A DNA stretch of 64,000 nucleotides from an uncultured cyanobacterium (GCA_963766075.1 CAVYAN010000012.1:1-64000); one strand, 5' to 3'; numbered from the stretch's first letter, positions 31,342 to 43,328 are shown. The notes: a model not told the origin generated them from the letters alone. Made by a program: numbers and translations.

Positions 31342-32133
31342 CTAACGCAAAAACTCTTCAGCGGCGGCGGGCGCGTTAGTACGACGATTTTTGGGAAACT
31401 CTAATGTGTAGGGAATGGGGGGTTCTGGAGGAATCAGAAAGCGGTTGCCCCAGCCACCGTTGATATCACTGGGTTTGATGGGAGGCGGCGTTGTTCCACC
31501 CATCGGTAAAGCAACATCGAGGCGGTGGGAAACGCGCACGTAACGTTGGCCATCGGCAGTACTGCTGACCAGTTCACTGCCAAGGCTTTTGCCAGCTTTG
31601 TTGAGCTGCTGTTCCAACTGTTGCACTTGGTCGGTCTTATCCCCAGGGGCCAACGTGGCGAGGAATACAACGTCAGGCGCAGGCTTAACTAGCAGCTTGA
31701 GTTCTTTCTGATTCAACTGCCATGCTTCTTGAAAGCGTCCATCCTTAGCAACCTGCCATAAATTGAGATTGGTCTGCCACTTGCCTTTAGATACGGTTGC
31801 CGTTTGATAGGCCAAAACCGAATACGTTGGCTTTGGGGTACGGGCGAGGGAGGTCGATTGGGTCGGACGTAGGTAGCGGACGGCGGCGATCCGAATTTCA
31901 CTCTGCTTTGGAAAATCGGTGCTGCCGGAAATGGTGTAGACTCCAGGATCGCTAGAGGGCGACACGTGAAATTGCAGAATGGCTCCAGGCTGCTTTTGGA
32001 AACGGCTAAGCAGTTGGGTGCACCCCCCCAGCAGCAGGGGGCCGCTCAGGCTAAGCAGTAGAGTAAGGCACTGCCGTCTGTGGCTGGGGTAAAAAGCTTT
32101 TAAGCGACTGTAGAACAGGGATGGCTGAAGCAT
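31342..32133 (-). CDS. Hypothetical protein, probable lipoprotein
   Basis: Lipobox-like LLLGGC; long clean ORF; start uncertain. Confidence 0.65.
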   Translation of the reverse strand: MLQPSLFYSRLKAFYPSHRRQCLTLLLSLSGPLLLGGCTQLLSRFQKQPGAILQFHVSPSSDPGVYTISGSTDFPKQSEIRIAAVRYLRPTQSTSLARTPKPTYSVLAYQTATVSKGKWQTNLNLWQVAKDGRFQEAWQLNQKELKLLVKPAPDVVFLATLAPGDKTDQVQQLEQQLNKAGKSLGSELVSSTADGQRYVRVSHRLDVALPMGGTTPPPIKPSDINGGWGNRFLIPPEPPIPYTLEFPKNRRTNAPAAAEEFLR

Positions 32134-32469
32134 AACGCTGAGTATGCCAGGGAATAGAGTGGACCGAAAGGGTGAATCGTCAACGGTAGATGGCGAAGGA
32201 TGGCTAGCGAACCATGTCAATCTCGGAACAATCACGCCAGCGCCTGAAGGCCGTAGTCAACGGCGGGCAAGCGGCAGAAGGTGGAAATCATCTTCGTATT
32301 TTTGGATGGGATGTTCTCAGAGGAAATCTGTAGGGTGACTCCAGTAGAGTTAAGTAGGGTTGACTTCCATAATATGTCAGTAATATGTCCGTTCGTCCTG
32401 ACTGCCGAACGGCTTCACAGTTGTGAAACATATTAGGCAAAACATATTAGGCATTTCTACATATCATTT

Positions 32470-33573
32470 CTACATCTGTTGGAGCACTTGATGAATGACT
32501 GCTGTTGGCACTTGATCCGTGACCTGAACAGTACCAATTCGGGAAGGGAGAACAAAGCGGACTTGTCCTGCCTTCACCTTCTTGTCCGTTTGGAGAGCGG
32601 ATACGATCGCATCAATGCTCATACCTGGAGGTAATTGGGTGGGCAATCCGGCCTTTTGGATGAGCTGGAGTTGGCGATCGCACTCCGCGGGTGACCACAG
32701 GCCCAGGGCCACGGCAATTTTTCCCGCGGCCACCATGCCAATGCCCACCGCCTCACCATGATTGACGACCCGATAACCCGTCAAACTTTCCACCGCGTGG
32801 CCAATCGTATGGCCGTAGTTGAGGATTTCCCGCAGTCCGGACTCTTTTTCGTCTTGGCTAACTACCAACGCTTTAGCCTGGGCCGATCGCGTCAGAATTT
32901 CTTGCACGAGTTCTTCACTGAGGTAGCGTTGTTGATCTAAGCGGGGTGCGGCCTCCAAATCAGCAAACAATTGGGGATCCCAGATCACACCATATTTAAT
33001 GACCTCGGCCATCCCGGCGCGAAATTCTCGGGGGGGCAATGTTTTCAGCACCTGCGGATCAATCAGCACCAATCGGGGTTGGTGAAACGCCCCAATCAGA
33101 TTTTTACCCTGGGGGTGATTGACACCCGTTTTGCCGCCAATGGCAGCATCCACCATCGCCAGTAGGGACGTCGGTACCTGTACGACATGAATGCCCCGGA
33201 GCCAAGTAGCCGCAGCAAATCCGGTCATATCCCCAATGACGCCGCCACCCAGGGCCACTAAGGTGGAAGAACGCTCAAACCGCTGTGCCAATGCCGCGTC
33301 GTAGATTTTTTGCAGGGTATTCGGCGTTTTGTAGCGTTCGCCTGGGGGGAGTAGGCAATGGGAAGCCTCAAAGCCAGCGGACTTGAGAGCCGCGATCGCG
33401 CGATCGCCATAATGTTTAAAAGTCATGGGATTAGAAACCACCAAAACCTTTTGGCCGAGTTTCCGGGCCTGACTACTCTGGGTGAGCAAATGACCCAGAT
33501 GATCCAACCCACCGGGATAAATAGCAATATCGTAGGGGTTCTGAGGCAGAGGAACAGAGAGGGTGGTGAACAT
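32470..33573 (-). CDS. aroB: 3-dehydroquinate synthase
   Basis: [38 protein letters not shown]. Confidence 0.97.
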   Translation of the reverse strand: MFTTLSVPLPQNPYDIAIYPGGLDHLGHLLTQSSQARKLGQKVLVVSNPMTFKHYGDRAIAALKSAGFEASHCLLPPGERYKTPNTLQKIYDAALAQRFERSSTLVALGGGVIGDMTGFAAATWLRGIHVVQVPTSLLAMVDAAIGGKTGVNHPQGKNLIGAFHQPRLVLIDPQVLKTLPPREFRAGMAEVIKYGVIWDPQLFADLEAAPRLDQQRYLSEELVQEILTRSAQAKALVVSQDEKESGLREILNYGHTIGHAVESLTGYRVVNHGEAVGIGMVAAGKIAVALGLWSPAECDRQLQLIQKAGLPTQLPPGMSIDAIVSALQTDKKVKAGQVRFVLPSRIGTVQVTDQVPTAVIHQVLQQM

Positions 33574-33665
33574 GGAGAATTTGGGATTTTGGAGGGGAGT
33601 GCAGCAGCCGACTACGGCGCATTTTCAATACTGCGAAGTGATATTAGCGTGATCTAGCGCGATCT

Positions 33666-35594
33666 TTAGGTAGACTGCGGGCTAATGGGGATCGGCCCCG
33701 ATGTTTCCAGAGATGGAGGGGCAAGATGGGGGCGTAGGGACTCCTGGAGAATGGACAGGTTACCGGCTAAAGGAATATGGTCACGATCCAGAAGCCCTAG
33801 AACGTGATGGGGATTCTGGGGGGCAATCACCGGCAGTTGTCCTAAACCTCGAGCAGCCATGCGATCAAGGGCCGTCGCCACCAGCTCATTGGGATCAGCC
33901 AACAGTAAATCCTTGGTGCAAATGTCTTGGAGGGTTTGTTGGGTTAGGTCTGGGGGAGGAACCATGGGAAATTTGGGATGGGGCTGTTCTAATCGGGCGA
34001 TCGCTCGGTTGATGTCTTGGACAGTGACAATGCCAACAAGATGTTGCTCCTGATCCAGCACAATCGCACTCCGGGATTGAGCCGCTGTCAAGGCAATCCC
34101 AGCTTGCAACACCGAGGCCGTACTGGGCAAACTGAGTACCGTGGGCTGCATGACCTGTGCCACCGTCAGACGATGCAGGATTTCGGACAGTGGATCGGGT
34201 TGTAGGTTCAAGCCGGGGGTGGGCTGGGGCGCAGTTTTTGTAGCCAAAGGACTAAGGCGATCCACCAGCCAAACACTCAGACCGACCGCCGCCATCAAGG
34301 GCAAAATAATTCGATAATCGCGAGTCAGCTCAAATAGCAGCAAAATCGCTGTTAAAGGGGCGCGAGCACTAGACGCTAAGACGGCTGCCATCCCGACCAT
34401 GGCGTAGGCCGGTGGGGCCGCGATTGTATAAGCTGCGGGTAAAATCAGGGTTAATACTTTGCCATAGGCTGCGCCCAAGGCCGCCCCGAGAAACATCGCG
34501 GGCGCAAATAAACCGCCGACAAAACCGCTGCCTAAACTAATGGCCGTCATGGCCAATTTGGCCAGGAGCAAGCCTATCAACAGCGGCAAGGAAAACTGAA
34601 CATCCCGCAGCACCGCCTCTATAGTTTCATAGCCAATCCCCAACGCTTGGGGAAATTGCAAGGCTAGAAGTCCCACACAAACCGCGCCCAGCAGCGGTCG
34701 CCACCCCACGGGCACTGCTGCCATGCCCCGAAACCCCGGCAGTGCTCCCTGAAAAAAGTGTTGTGACAGTTGAATGGCCTGTTTATAGGCAATGGATACA
34801 ACACTGGCACAGAGCCCCAACCCTAAATATAGGGGCAGTTCTAGTGGACTCCGGACCTCGTAAGCGGGCAGGGAAAATGACGGTTGCCCGCCCTGGCCTA
34901 CTTGGGCAATAAAGGCCGAAACGACTGCCGCCAAAAGGACTAAGCTCACCGCAGAGGTAGCGAAGGTCGTGCCCAGAACTACTTCCAGCGCGAAAAAGAC
35001 ACCCGCGATCGGAGCGTTAAATCCGGCGGCTAAGCCTGCGGCGGCTCCGGCCCCCAGGAGCAGCTTGAGTCTTTCCTGGGATACCTGTAAGCTCTGGGCC
35101 AAAAAGATGCCGATATTGGCTCCAATCTCCACACTTGGGCCTTCTGGTCCCAGGGATGCGCCCGTGCCGAGGGAAACCGCTGCCGCGATCGCCTTGACCC
35201 CGGCCCGTCGTGGCGATGTTTTTCCCAATTCCTTGGGATTGGCCAGCAATGATGACAGGCTAGGGCCTAACTCTGGCCAACGCCAGCGAATCAGTCCCAC
35301 CAGCATTGCCCCCAGAACAGGGACACAGAGAAGCGTCCAGGCTCCCCACGGGTGCAACCACCCCAGCAAATCGACAAACATCCAGCCCTGAATGGCGTCA
35401 ATCAGCAGCCGAAACAGCACCACCGTCAGCCCCGTACTCGTACCAATGGCGATCGCCAACAGCAGCACCACCGTTTCTGGCGACGGTTGCAGTCGATTCA
35501 GAGCCAGTGCCAAAGATGGACTCGTCCCCAGCGCTGGGGGAACGTTTGGGGAGGAAACTTCAGCAGGCAAAACAGGGGGAGGACTGGCGGTCAT
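33666..35594 (-). CDS. ClC chloride channel/antiporter with CBS pair
   Basis: GPEGP, GFNAPIAG, GGLFAP; C-terminal CBS motifs (LVGIVT..DI). Confidence 0.93.
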   Translation of the reverse strand: MTASPPPVLPAEVSSPNVPPALGTSPSLALALNRLQPSPETVVLLLAIAIGTSTGLTVVLFRLLIDAIQGWMFVDLLGWLHPWGAWTLLCVPVLGAMLVGLIRWRWPELGPSLSSLLANPKELGKTSPRRAGVKAIAAAVSLGTGASLGPEGPSVEIGANIGIFLAQSLQVSQERLKLLLGAGAAAGLAAGFNAPIAGVFFALEVVLGTTFATSAVSLVLLAAVVSAFIAQVGQGGQPSFSLPAYEVRSPLELPLYLGLGLCASVVSIAYKQAIQLSQHFFQGALPGFRGMAAVPVGWRPLLGAVCVGLLALQFPQALGIGYETIEAVLRDVQFSLPLLIGLLLAKLAMTAISLGSGFVGGLFAPAMFLGAALGAAYGKVLTLILPAAYTIAAPPAYAMVGMAAVLASSARAPLTAILLLFELTRDYRIILPLMAAVGLSVWLVDRLSPLATKTAPQPTPGLNLQPDPLSEILHRLTVAQVMQPTVLSLPSTASVLQAGIALTAAQSRSAIVLDQEQHLVGIVTVQDINRAIARLEQPHPKFPMVPPPDLTQQTLQDICTKDLLLADPNELVATALDRMAARGLGQLPVIAPQNPHHVLGLLDRDHIPLAGNLSILQESLRPHLAPPSLETSGPIPISPQST

Positions 35595-35980
35595 TCAAAC
35601 AGACGATAGGATTCATTCCAACAGAGTTTATTCAAACAGGTGCTTCCAAAAGCAGATGATGAAGATCAAGCCGAGCCACTCACAATCTACAGACATGTCG
35701 CTAAACATGTGGCTTAATAGCCATTGTGATCGATTTGGGAGAGCACGATCAATACATTGTTTTGGCTAAGTTGTTTTTCATGAAAAACTTTAAAGGCTTG
35801 TAAAGGGTTCCCGTTTCTAAATCGGCCCAGGTTAGACTAGCGGGGCACCTTGACGTTGGCCCAACCCTGATGGAATTGCCGCTATTTTTTGCATCTGGTT
35901 CCTGCATCTAGCGTTTTCGCATCCGGATTGCTTCCCTCTTGCCGTTTCACGCTCACTCGCCTCACCGCCCAAGGACTCGC

Positions 35981-36361
35981 ATGGACGCACACGTCACCCA
36001 CTCTCCGTTTTGTCCCATTTGTCAGCGGCGTGCTGTTTCCCAGTCCCCCCGTAAGTCCATGCGGGGACTGCTTACCTGTCAGCACTGCCGTGAGTCCCTC
36101 GTTATTACCTGGAGTGGCCACTATGTGCGGGATCCCTTTGGCGCACCCCACGGCGCATCGGTGGGATGTAGCGATGTGGAACGCACGCTTCGTCGCGCCA
36201 GCCATCCCATAGCTCGCCTCGTCCGTGATCTGGGGCTACACCATCCCCCATCGCTGTTGCTGCTCATCAGCACAATGCTGCTGCTGGGGATGATGTCCTG
36301 GATGTTCAAACCTACTGGTTCAAACCTTTTGCCCTCAGATCCCCCCCGCAAACCTCCCTAG
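35981..36361 (+). CDS. Hypothetical zinc-ribbon protein with C-terminal TM helix
   Basis: CPIC...CQHC, 'WSGHYVRDPF', hydrophobic tail. Confidence 0.7.
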   Translation: MDAHVTHSPFCPICQRRAVSQSPRKSMRGLLTCQHCRESLVITWSGHYVRDPFGAPHGASVGCSDVERTLRRASHPIARLVRDLGLHHPPSLLLLISTMLLLGMMSWMFKPTGSNLLPSDPPRKPP

Positions 36362-36394
36362 AAGAGTCACCCTAAGAAGAGTCACCCTAGCGGA

Positions 36395-38074
36395 TCAGGT
36401 GTGGATCAGTGTCAGCAAGACCCAGCCCTCGGATTCTCCCAGAATTTGATGGGCGGGCAGTTGTAGCGCTGGGATTTCGTCGGGCTTGACGAGCAGGTAG
36501 AGGGATGCGTCTTGCTGTCCGCGTTGTTTAATCTGGTCTAGCGGCATGGATCGGACAAAACGCTCGCTGTAGAAATCTAGCGATGGGCGATGGCGCGTGT
36601 GGGACGTATAGATAATTTGTCCCGGCGATGTATTTTGCTGGACTAGGGCGGCAACGGGCTTTACCGGGTAATCCTCTCCCAGTTCCCACACCCAATAGGG
36701 AGAACAGACGAACAGGATTAACGACACATACATGCCCCACAAAAGGACCAAAATGAATTGGGAATCGCGGCGGTAAATCAGCAAGGCTGCCACGCTCAGG
36801 GTGAGGGCGATCGCGCCGCAGAGTACCTGCAACTCCGGCAGTGCCGTTTGGCTCCCCTTGCCCCCATAGCCCCCAAAATAAAGTGTGGCCCCCCAGCCCG
36901 CGATCGCCACAACGCTTAAGCATAGCCCCCATAACCGTGGATATCCAGGCGATCGCGCCGCCCCCTCTTCAACGCCATAGCGAACGCCCAGAAAATCCTC
37001 CAGATTCCATAGCTCCGCCAACTGTGCCCCAACGGTCAACGCCAACACCGGATACAGCGGCAGCACGTACCAAGGCAGCTTCGTCGTCATCACAGAAATC
37101 ACGCCAAAGTAGCCAACGCTCCACACCAGCAGCAATTTCGCCCAACTGAGTCGCCGATTTTCCCACAGCCACCTCCACGCCTGCGGCAGAAACACCACCC
37201 ATGGGGCACCGTACTTCAATACTTCTAGGGCATAGTAGGCAAAATTGCCCCGATTGCCATCTACAGCCTGACTACTGCGACTGAGGGCCTGATCAATCAA
37301 ATGGATTTTCCAAAACTCCGACCCATAATGCAGGCTTTGGGCCACATACCAGCCCACGACAGGAGCAGTTCCCAAACCCACTCCCAGCCAAACGTAGCCC
37401 GAGGCCAGTAGACGGGGGGTATCCCAGAGGACAAACCCCAGGGCGATCGCCCCAAGCAGCAGCCCCACAATCCCCTTCGTCAAACACAAGGCCCCAAACG
37501 CTAAGCCAATTCCCCCGGCCCACCGCAAATCTCGCCGAGTTTTCAGCACACACAGCAGCAACACCAAAAATCCACAGAGCAATGCCCCATCGAGCATGGC
37601 CATCCGGCCCAAGCGCACCACCGGAATAAACGTCACGTACACCAGCGCCGCAAAAATCGCCGCATTGCGCTTTGGAAAAATTTCTCGCCCAATGTGAAAC
37701 AGCACCGGCACGGAAATGGCTGTCAGCACCGCTCCGGGCAATCGGGCTGTCCATTCCTGCACGCCTCCGATTTGATACGCGAGGGCAATGAGCCAATGGA
37801 CCAGAGGCGGCTTATTCAAATAAGGTGCCCCTCCCAGGGTGGGATGCAACCAGGTGAGGGCGTGACCACCCCCGTGCAGATCCTGCCAAATTTCCCGCCC
37901 CACCTGTGCCACCAAGGCTTCGTCCCAATCTTTGAGCGGCAATTCCCCCAGATTCAGTAAAAAAACAGCCAACGCAACGCTCAACAGCGCTAAGGTCCAG
38001 AGGTAATCGACCCAGCGATGCCAAACAACGGGAATGTCTTTAAAGTCTTGCCATCGATTAATTTTTCGATCCAT
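36395..38074 (-). CDS. ArnT/PMT-family (GT39/83) glycosyltransferase
   Basis: DWDE, YLNKPPL, ARLP, LTKG, TKLPWYVLP motifs; polytopic. Confidence 0.9.
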   Translation of the reverse strand: MDRKINRWQDFKDIPVVWHRWVDYLWTLALLSVALAVFLLNLGELPLKDWDEALVAQVGREIWQDLHGGGHALTWLHPTLGGAPYLNKPPLVHWLIALAYQIGGVQEWTARLPGAVLTAISVPVLFHIGREIFPKRNAAIFAALVYVTFIPVVRLGRMAMLDGALLCGFLVLLLCVLKTRRDLRWAGGIGLAFGALCLTKGIVGLLLGAIALGFVLWDTPRLLASGYVWLGVGLGTAPVVGWYVAQSLHYGSEFWKIHLIDQALSRSSQAVDGNRGNFAYYALEVLKYGAPWVVFLPQAWRWLWENRRLSWAKLLLVWSVGYFGVISVMTTKLPWYVLPLYPVLALTVGAQLAELWNLEDFLGVRYGVEEGAARSPGYPRLWGLCLSVVAIAGWGATLYFGGYGGKGSQTALPELQVLCGAIALTLSVAALLIYRRDSQFILVLLWGMYVSLILFVCSPYWVWELGEDYPVKPVAALVQQNTSPGQIIYTSHTRHRPSLDFYSERFVRSMPLDQIKQRGQQDASLYLLVKPDEIPALQLPAHQILGESEGWVLLTLIHT

Positions 38075-38322
38075 TCCACCGGTTGGGTCAGTTTTTTGAT
38101 TTTTCTGGCTTGAGAATTGCTTAAGAGACGGTCAGGTAGCGAATACCGCTCCGGAAAGGCGGCAATAAAACTCTCAGAGAATTTTCATTGTTGTTTGCCA
38201 ATGCCCCCTGATACTTTAAATGATTACCTGGTACTGTAAATAGTAGTCTCATGCGTGCAGTATTCGGGGACTAGACAGTGTTTTAGGAGGCGGCGGATCC
38301 CCTTCGCTTTCTGGAAGCGGGC

Positions 38323-39048
38323 ATGATGCCGGGATTTATCGCATTGGTTAACTTGTCATCCCTCAGTTTTTTCCATAGCCTCCGATCCGACCATCGCAAC
38401 AAACAATTTGCGGTGATTGGTCTGGGGCGGTTTGGGCGAGCTGTTGCCCATACCCTACATCAGCAGGGTTACGATGTCCTGTGTGTGGATACTGACGAAT
38501 CCAAGGTGGCACAAATTTTATCTGATCGGATTGCCACCCATGCCCGTCAACTCGATTCGACCCAGCCTGCGGCCCTGAAGGAAGCGGGAATTTTTGAGCA
38601 AGACACGGTGATCGTGGCGATCGGGAACTACGTCCAGGAAAGCATCATCACCACCCTTAACGTCAAAGAAGGGGGCGTTCCCCACGTCGTCGCCAAAGCC
38701 TCTTCAGAGATTCACGTCAAATTACTCAAGAAAGTGGGGGCTGACCACGTTGTTTTCCCCGAGCATGAGATGGGCTGCGAACTGGCCCGATCCCTCACCC
38801 GTCCCGGCATTCTGGATCGGTTTGATCTGGATCCCGAAAACAGCATTGTTGAAGTGATTGTGCCGGAACAGTTTGACGGCAAAACCATTGCCGAGCTGAA
38901 ATTTCGGAGCAGCTATGGGCTAAGTCTCCTGGCGATCGCCCATAACGGCAAATTTGCCATCAACCCCGCTCCCAGTCAACGCCTGGAGAAAGGCAGCCTC
39001 ATGGTGGTGATTGGCTCAAACCAAAATATTGACCGTCTGCCAATCTAG
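38323..39048 (+). CDS. ktrA: TrkA/KtrA potassium-uptake regulatory subunit (RCK)
   Basis: GLGRFG, VGADHVVFPE; start codon uncertain. Confidence 0.9.
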   Translation: MMPGFIALVNLSSLSFFHSLRSDHRNKQFAVIGLGRFGRAVAHTLHQQGYDVLCVDTDESKVAQILSDRIATHARQLDSTQPAALKEAGIFEQDTVIVAIGNYVQESIITTLNVKEGGVPHVVAKASSEIHVKLLKKVGADHVVFPEHEMGCELARSLTRPGILDRFDLDPENSIVEVIVPEQFDGKTIAELKFRSSYGLSLLAIAHNGKFAINPAPSQRLEKGSLMVVIGSNQNIDRLPI

Positions 39049-39091
39049 TCAAGTTCTAATCAGTCACAGCGCGGACCATCAGCGCGGTCCA

Positions 39092-40168
39092 TCAACCCAA
39101 CGTCAGCCCCGTCGTGGCATCAAACACCCGCAGCGCGGCCAGATCCAGCGTGATCCCTAGGCGATCGCCCACCTGCACGCCGAGACTGGGTTCCACCCAT
39201 AAAGTTAGGAACTGGTCCGTCCCCACTAGACGGGTCCGGACTAGAGTTTCCCGTCCCAAAGGTTCGATAACTGTCACCTCCGCCTTCAGCATCGCTGGGT
39301 CAGTAGCGATCCGCAGGTGTTCTGGACGGATGCCCAAGTCATAGCGCTGGCCCCGCACCAGTTGGAGTTGCCTTTGCCAGTTCACGGGACCAGCTATGCT
39401 CTGGTCACCCATGTGCCATTGGTCTCCTTGATAAATCGCCGCCAGGATGTTCATGGGTGGATTGCCCAAAAAGGTAGCCACCATCCGATTTGCTGGGTAG
39501 TGATAAATCATCTGCGGCGTGCCAACTTGTTGAATTCGCCCTTGATCCAAGACCACGATGCAATCTGCTAGGGTCATCGCCTCTACCTGATCGTGGGTCA
39601 CATAGACCGTAGTAATGCCAACGCGCTGATGCAGTTGCTTCAGTTCCACTCGGGTCCCATCCCGGAGTTGGGCATCCAAATTCGACAGTGGCTCATCCAG
39701 GAGAAATACTTGGGGTTGGCGGGCGATCGCCCGTCCCAACGCCACCCGTTGCTGCTGTCCCCCCGACAACTGCTGGGGCAAGCGTTCCAACAAATGCGCA
39801 ATATCCAACATCTGGGCCACGGCGGCCACCCGTGTGCGTACCGTGCCGGCCTCTACCTGCCGCATCCGTAGCCCAAAGGCCAAATTTTCGGCCACGCTCA
39901 TGTGCGGATACAGCGCATAGTTTTGAAAGACCATCGCCACATCCCGTTGGCGCGCTGGGACCGCATTCATGTGGCGATCGCCGATGTATAGATCCCCAGA
40001 AGTCGCCGCTTCCAATCCCGCAATTGTTCTTAAAATCGTTGATTTGCCACAGCCCGATGGCCCCACCAAAACCCAAAACTCTCCATCCGGAATTTCAAAG
40101 GTAATATCCGCAATACCTACCGTTCGCCCAAAACGCCGCGAAATCTGGTCTAATTTCACCCTAGCCAT
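39092..40168 (-). CDS. MalK/UgpC-type sugar ABC transporter ATPase
   Basis: GPSGCGKST, VFQNYALYPHM, LSGGQ, LLDEPLSNLD, TOBE tail. Confidence 0.93.
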   Translation of the reverse strand: MARVKLDQISRRFGRTVGIADITFEIPDGEFWVLVGPSGCGKSTILRTIAGLEAATSGDLYIGDRHMNAVPARQRDVAMVFQNYALYPHMSVAENLAFGLRMRQVEAGTVRTRVAAVAQMLDIAHLLERLPQQLSGGQQQRVALGRAIARQPQVFLLDEPLSNLDAQLRDGTRVELKQLHQRVGITTVYVTHDQVEAMTLADCIVVLDQGRIQQVGTPQMIYHYPANRMVATFLGNPPMNILAAIYQGDQWHMGDQSIAGPVNWQRQLQLVRGQRYDLGIRPEHLRIATDPAMLKAEVTVIEPLGRETLVRTRLVGTDQFLTLWVEPSLGVQVGDRLGITLDLAALRVFDATTGLTLG

Positions 40169-40416
40169 TACCGCTCATCTCCTGAATTTCCTAATGTAAC
40201 GTCGGTTTAACCGGTCCTTTTCCTTGACGAATCCGGATGCTCGCGCAGTGCGGCACAGGCAAAATGCGCGAACATCCGGATGCCTATGACCCTAAACCCT
40301 CCGGGCTTCCGTAGGAATACGATTTCATCTGGCGGGGTTCTCCCCTTCAATGGAAAGGCACGAAGAATCCATCTTCGGTTCATCTATCAATATTATTTAT
40401 CTTTCGGGAGTCACAG

Positions 40417-40773
40417 ATGGCCATTGAAAATCATCCAGACGTTCGGGTGATCAGACCGCAAGGAATTGTGACCGCTACCACCTCGGAAGCCTTAATCCAA
40501 GAATTAAATGAGTGCACCGCTGCAAAGATCAAAATGGTCGTATTGGATCTGAGTGGGGTGAGCTTTATCGATAGTTTTGGACTAGGCACCTTGGTGACAA
40601 TGCGTACTAAACTCATGCTGGCAGGTAGCACCCTCTACCTTGCGGGATTGCAGGACCAAGCAAGCTGCCTGCTTGAGTTTTCTGATCTTCTAGCAATTTT
40701 CGACATTTTTACCAGTGTCAAGGAATTCTTTGCGGTAAAGATCTATAAAAATCAGGTTGTTCTCGTTAAGTAG
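40417..40773 (+). CDS. STAS-domain anti-sigma-factor antagonist
   Basis: VVLDLSGVSFIDSFGLG. Confidence 0.88.
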   Translation: MAIENHPDVRVIRPQGIVTATTSEALIQELNECTAAKIKMVVLDLSGVSFIDSFGLGTLVTMRTKLMLAGSTLYLAGLQDQASCLLEFSDLLAIFDIFTSVKEFFAVKIYKNQVVLVK

Positions 40774-40941
40774 GCCCCTAGAGCCAACAGGCCGGTGAAA
40801 GACAGGCAGGCGAAAACGCAGGACATGGCGGGATTCCTCCCCCCACGCAGGCAATGATTATCCTTTATGCAAAAGCCCCTAATTGTTTTAGGGGCTTTTG
40901 CATTGGCAAGTATATTTGACCGCGATATTTGACCGCGATCG

Positions 40942-41301
40942 CTAAAATTCGTCGTAGCCAGCGCCCGTCGCTGTTTCGGCATCCCGCTTAGAACCCATTA
41001 GCTCCAAGCGTTCGACGCGGATTACGGGCTTAGACCGTTTGGCCCCAGAGTTGCGATCGGTCCAATACTCAAATTTCAGGGCACCCGTCACGCCAATTTG
41101 GCTCCCCTTGCGCACATAGTTTGCCGCCACCTCGGCCTGTTTTCCCCACAGTTCTAAGTTAAACCAGTCAGGCTGATCATTATTCCGTGTGGCGCGATTG
41201 ACCGCCAGCGTCAGGTTGCACACGACACTACCCGACTCAAAGTACTTCACATCCGGATCTCCCCCGACCCGGCCCACCAAGATGACTGTATTCAAACTCA
41301 T
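40942..41301 (-). CDS. ssb: Single-stranded DNA-binding protein
   Basis: N.VILVGRVG.DP, DWF..ELWGK.AE, acidic tail. Confidence 0.95.
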   Translation of the reverse strand: MSLNTVILVGRVGGDPDVKYFESGSVVCNLTLAVNRATRNNDQPDWFNLELWGKQAEVAANYVRKGSQIGVTGALKFEYWTDRNSGAKRSKPVIRVERLELMGSKRDAETATGAGYDEF

Positions 41302-42205
41302 AAGGTTTACCCGATTTCCCGTGTCCTGATTAGAATTCTGGAATCATACCGTTCTATTTTAGAAGGGATCAACCCAATTGATTAGTACGGAGGTATTGTG
41401 GATCGTGACACCCCAATCGGGGTGTAGAACCATCTTGTCCAAACATCCTGTCCAAAAATATGTGAAATCATCATCGATGCTCTGAATTGCATCAGCGATT
41501 CCAATGGAACAAATTCTAGATGGGAAACCATTCCGGGTCCGATTAGGCGGTCCGCCTGTATCCATCACCCATCAGCTATACGTTGATTTAATCGCCCAAA
41601 TTAATCAAACAAATATCCCAATTTTGGGGGCCAATTTTTGCGGTCGGGGTGAAGAGAGCCAGTCGAACCTAGATTTACGTGTTCACTCAAAGCATAAAAT
41701 TGACGGTAGGATGACAACAGGCGATCGCAAGGCTAATCATCCCAGATTAATTTTCACGGATGATCTAGATCTAATCTATATGGTTTTGTTGTTAGACAAA
41801 TAATTGTGTCGATCAAGCGGAGACAAGGCTTCTAGGTCAAGCATACTTAATGCTTAGGGTTGGGATTGGTAAAATTCATAGGGTCCATTCCACAAATCCG
41901 TGAATAAAGTAGCCTCCAAGTAATAGCCACCTAAGTAGTCCGGATTAAACTTCTATCGATTGAATACAGCAGCGCCATGAAGAGCGCTTCAACATAACAG
42001 GACAGTAGTTTGATATAAGTAATGCAAGCTACACAAGCGCAGACTACACAAGATCGAGACTGACGCGAAAAGATCCGCTTTTAATTGACTCGATTTGACT
42101 GACTCATTTGATTGACTAGACGATTGATGCGAAACGTAATAAGATTCAACCTGAATTATGTTCGGTAATTCCACCCAATTATTATTAGCAGAGGCATAGG
42201 GACCA

Positions 42206-43243
42206 GTGGGACTTTTCAGTCGCTTTTCCCTTTCACGGGACATGGGTATTGATCTAGGCACAGCCAACACCTTGGTGTATGTGTCTGGGAAAGGAATTGT
42301 ATTGCAGGAGCCCTCGGTCGTCGCCATCGACCAGGATGCGAAGGTCGCCCTCGCCGTTGGAGAGGATGCGAAACGGATGCTGGGACGGACTCCAGGAAAT
42401 GTGGTGGCACTCCGTCCGCTCCGTGATGGCGTGATTGCTGACTTTGACACGGCGGAGCTGATGTTGAAGCATTTCATCACCCGTGTGAACGAAGGCAAAG
42501 CATTGGTTGCCCCTCGCATTGTGATTGGGATTCCAAGTGGGGTAACGGGTGTGGAGCGCCGCGCTGTGATGGATGCCGCTTCTCAGGCAGGAGCGCGGGA
42601 CGTGTATCTCATTGACGAGCCTGTGGCTGCGGCCATTGGTGCGGGTTTGCCGGTGGCAGAGCCTACTGGAAATATGATTATCGATATTGGGGGCGGTACG
42701 ACGGAAGTTGCCGTTTTGAGTCTGCAGGGTACGGTGATCAGCGAGTCCGTTAGGGTAGCTGGGGACGAACTGACGGAGGCGATCGCGGCCTACATGAAGA
42801 AAGTGCATAACCTGGTGATTGGGGAGCGCACCGCCGAAGACATTAAAACCACGATCGGTTCTGCCTACCCCGTGGATGACGACGCCACCATGGAAGTGCG
42901 GGGCTTACACCTGCTGTCTGGGCTACCCCGGACGGTGGCGGTCAAGAGCGCCGAAATTCGCGAAAGTATGGCAGAGCCGCTAGCGGTGATTATTGACGCC
43001 GTTAAGCGTACCCTGGAGCGTACTCCCCCAGAATTGGCCGCCGACATTATTGATCGGGGCATTATGCTGGCGGGCGGTGGTGCTCTCCTGAAGGGCCTGG
43101 ACACATTGATTAGCCATGAAACCGGGATCGTCGTCCATGTGGCTGCGGATCCGCTGAGCTGTGTTGTTTTGGGTACAGGGCGGGTTCTCGAGAACTTTAA
43201 GCAACTGGAGCGGGTATTCAGTGGTCGCTCTCGCACCCTGTAG
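42206..43243 (+). CDS. mreB: Rod shape-determining protein MreB
   Basis: [26 protein letters not shown]. Confidence 0.98.
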   Translation: MGLFSRFSLSRDMGIDLGTANTLVYVSGKGIVLQEPSVVAIDQDAKVALAVGEDAKRMLGRTPGNVVALRPLRDGVIADFDTAELMLKHFITRVNEGKALVAPRIVIGIPSGVTGVERRAVMDAASQAGARDVYLIDEPVAAAIGAGLPVAEPTGNMIIDIGGGTTEVAVLSLQGTVISESVRVAGDELTEAIAAYMKKVHNLVIGERTAEDIKTTIGSAYPVDDDATMEVRGLHLLSGLPRTVAVKSAEIRESMAEPLAVIIDAVKRTLERTPPELAADIIDRGIMLAGGGALLKGLDTLISHETGIVVHVAADPLSCVVLGTGRVLENFKQLERVFSGRSRTL

Positions 43244-43328
43244 TCGTCTGTGTTACCCCTAACCGTCCGAATCTAAGCTCGAATTAAGACCAGATATCCA
43301 GACCAAACATCCAGAACTTGTTTGCCGA

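Noticed and set aside
40295..40360. Weak resemblance to Moco riboswitch ends (CTCCGGGC...CTCCC...TGGAAAGG)
   Set aside because: Much too short, lacks the internal stems, and the downstream gene is unrelated to molybdenum.
41504..41803. 99-aa ORF between ssb and mreB
   Set aside because: AT-rich divergent promoter region, no motifs; probably spurious.
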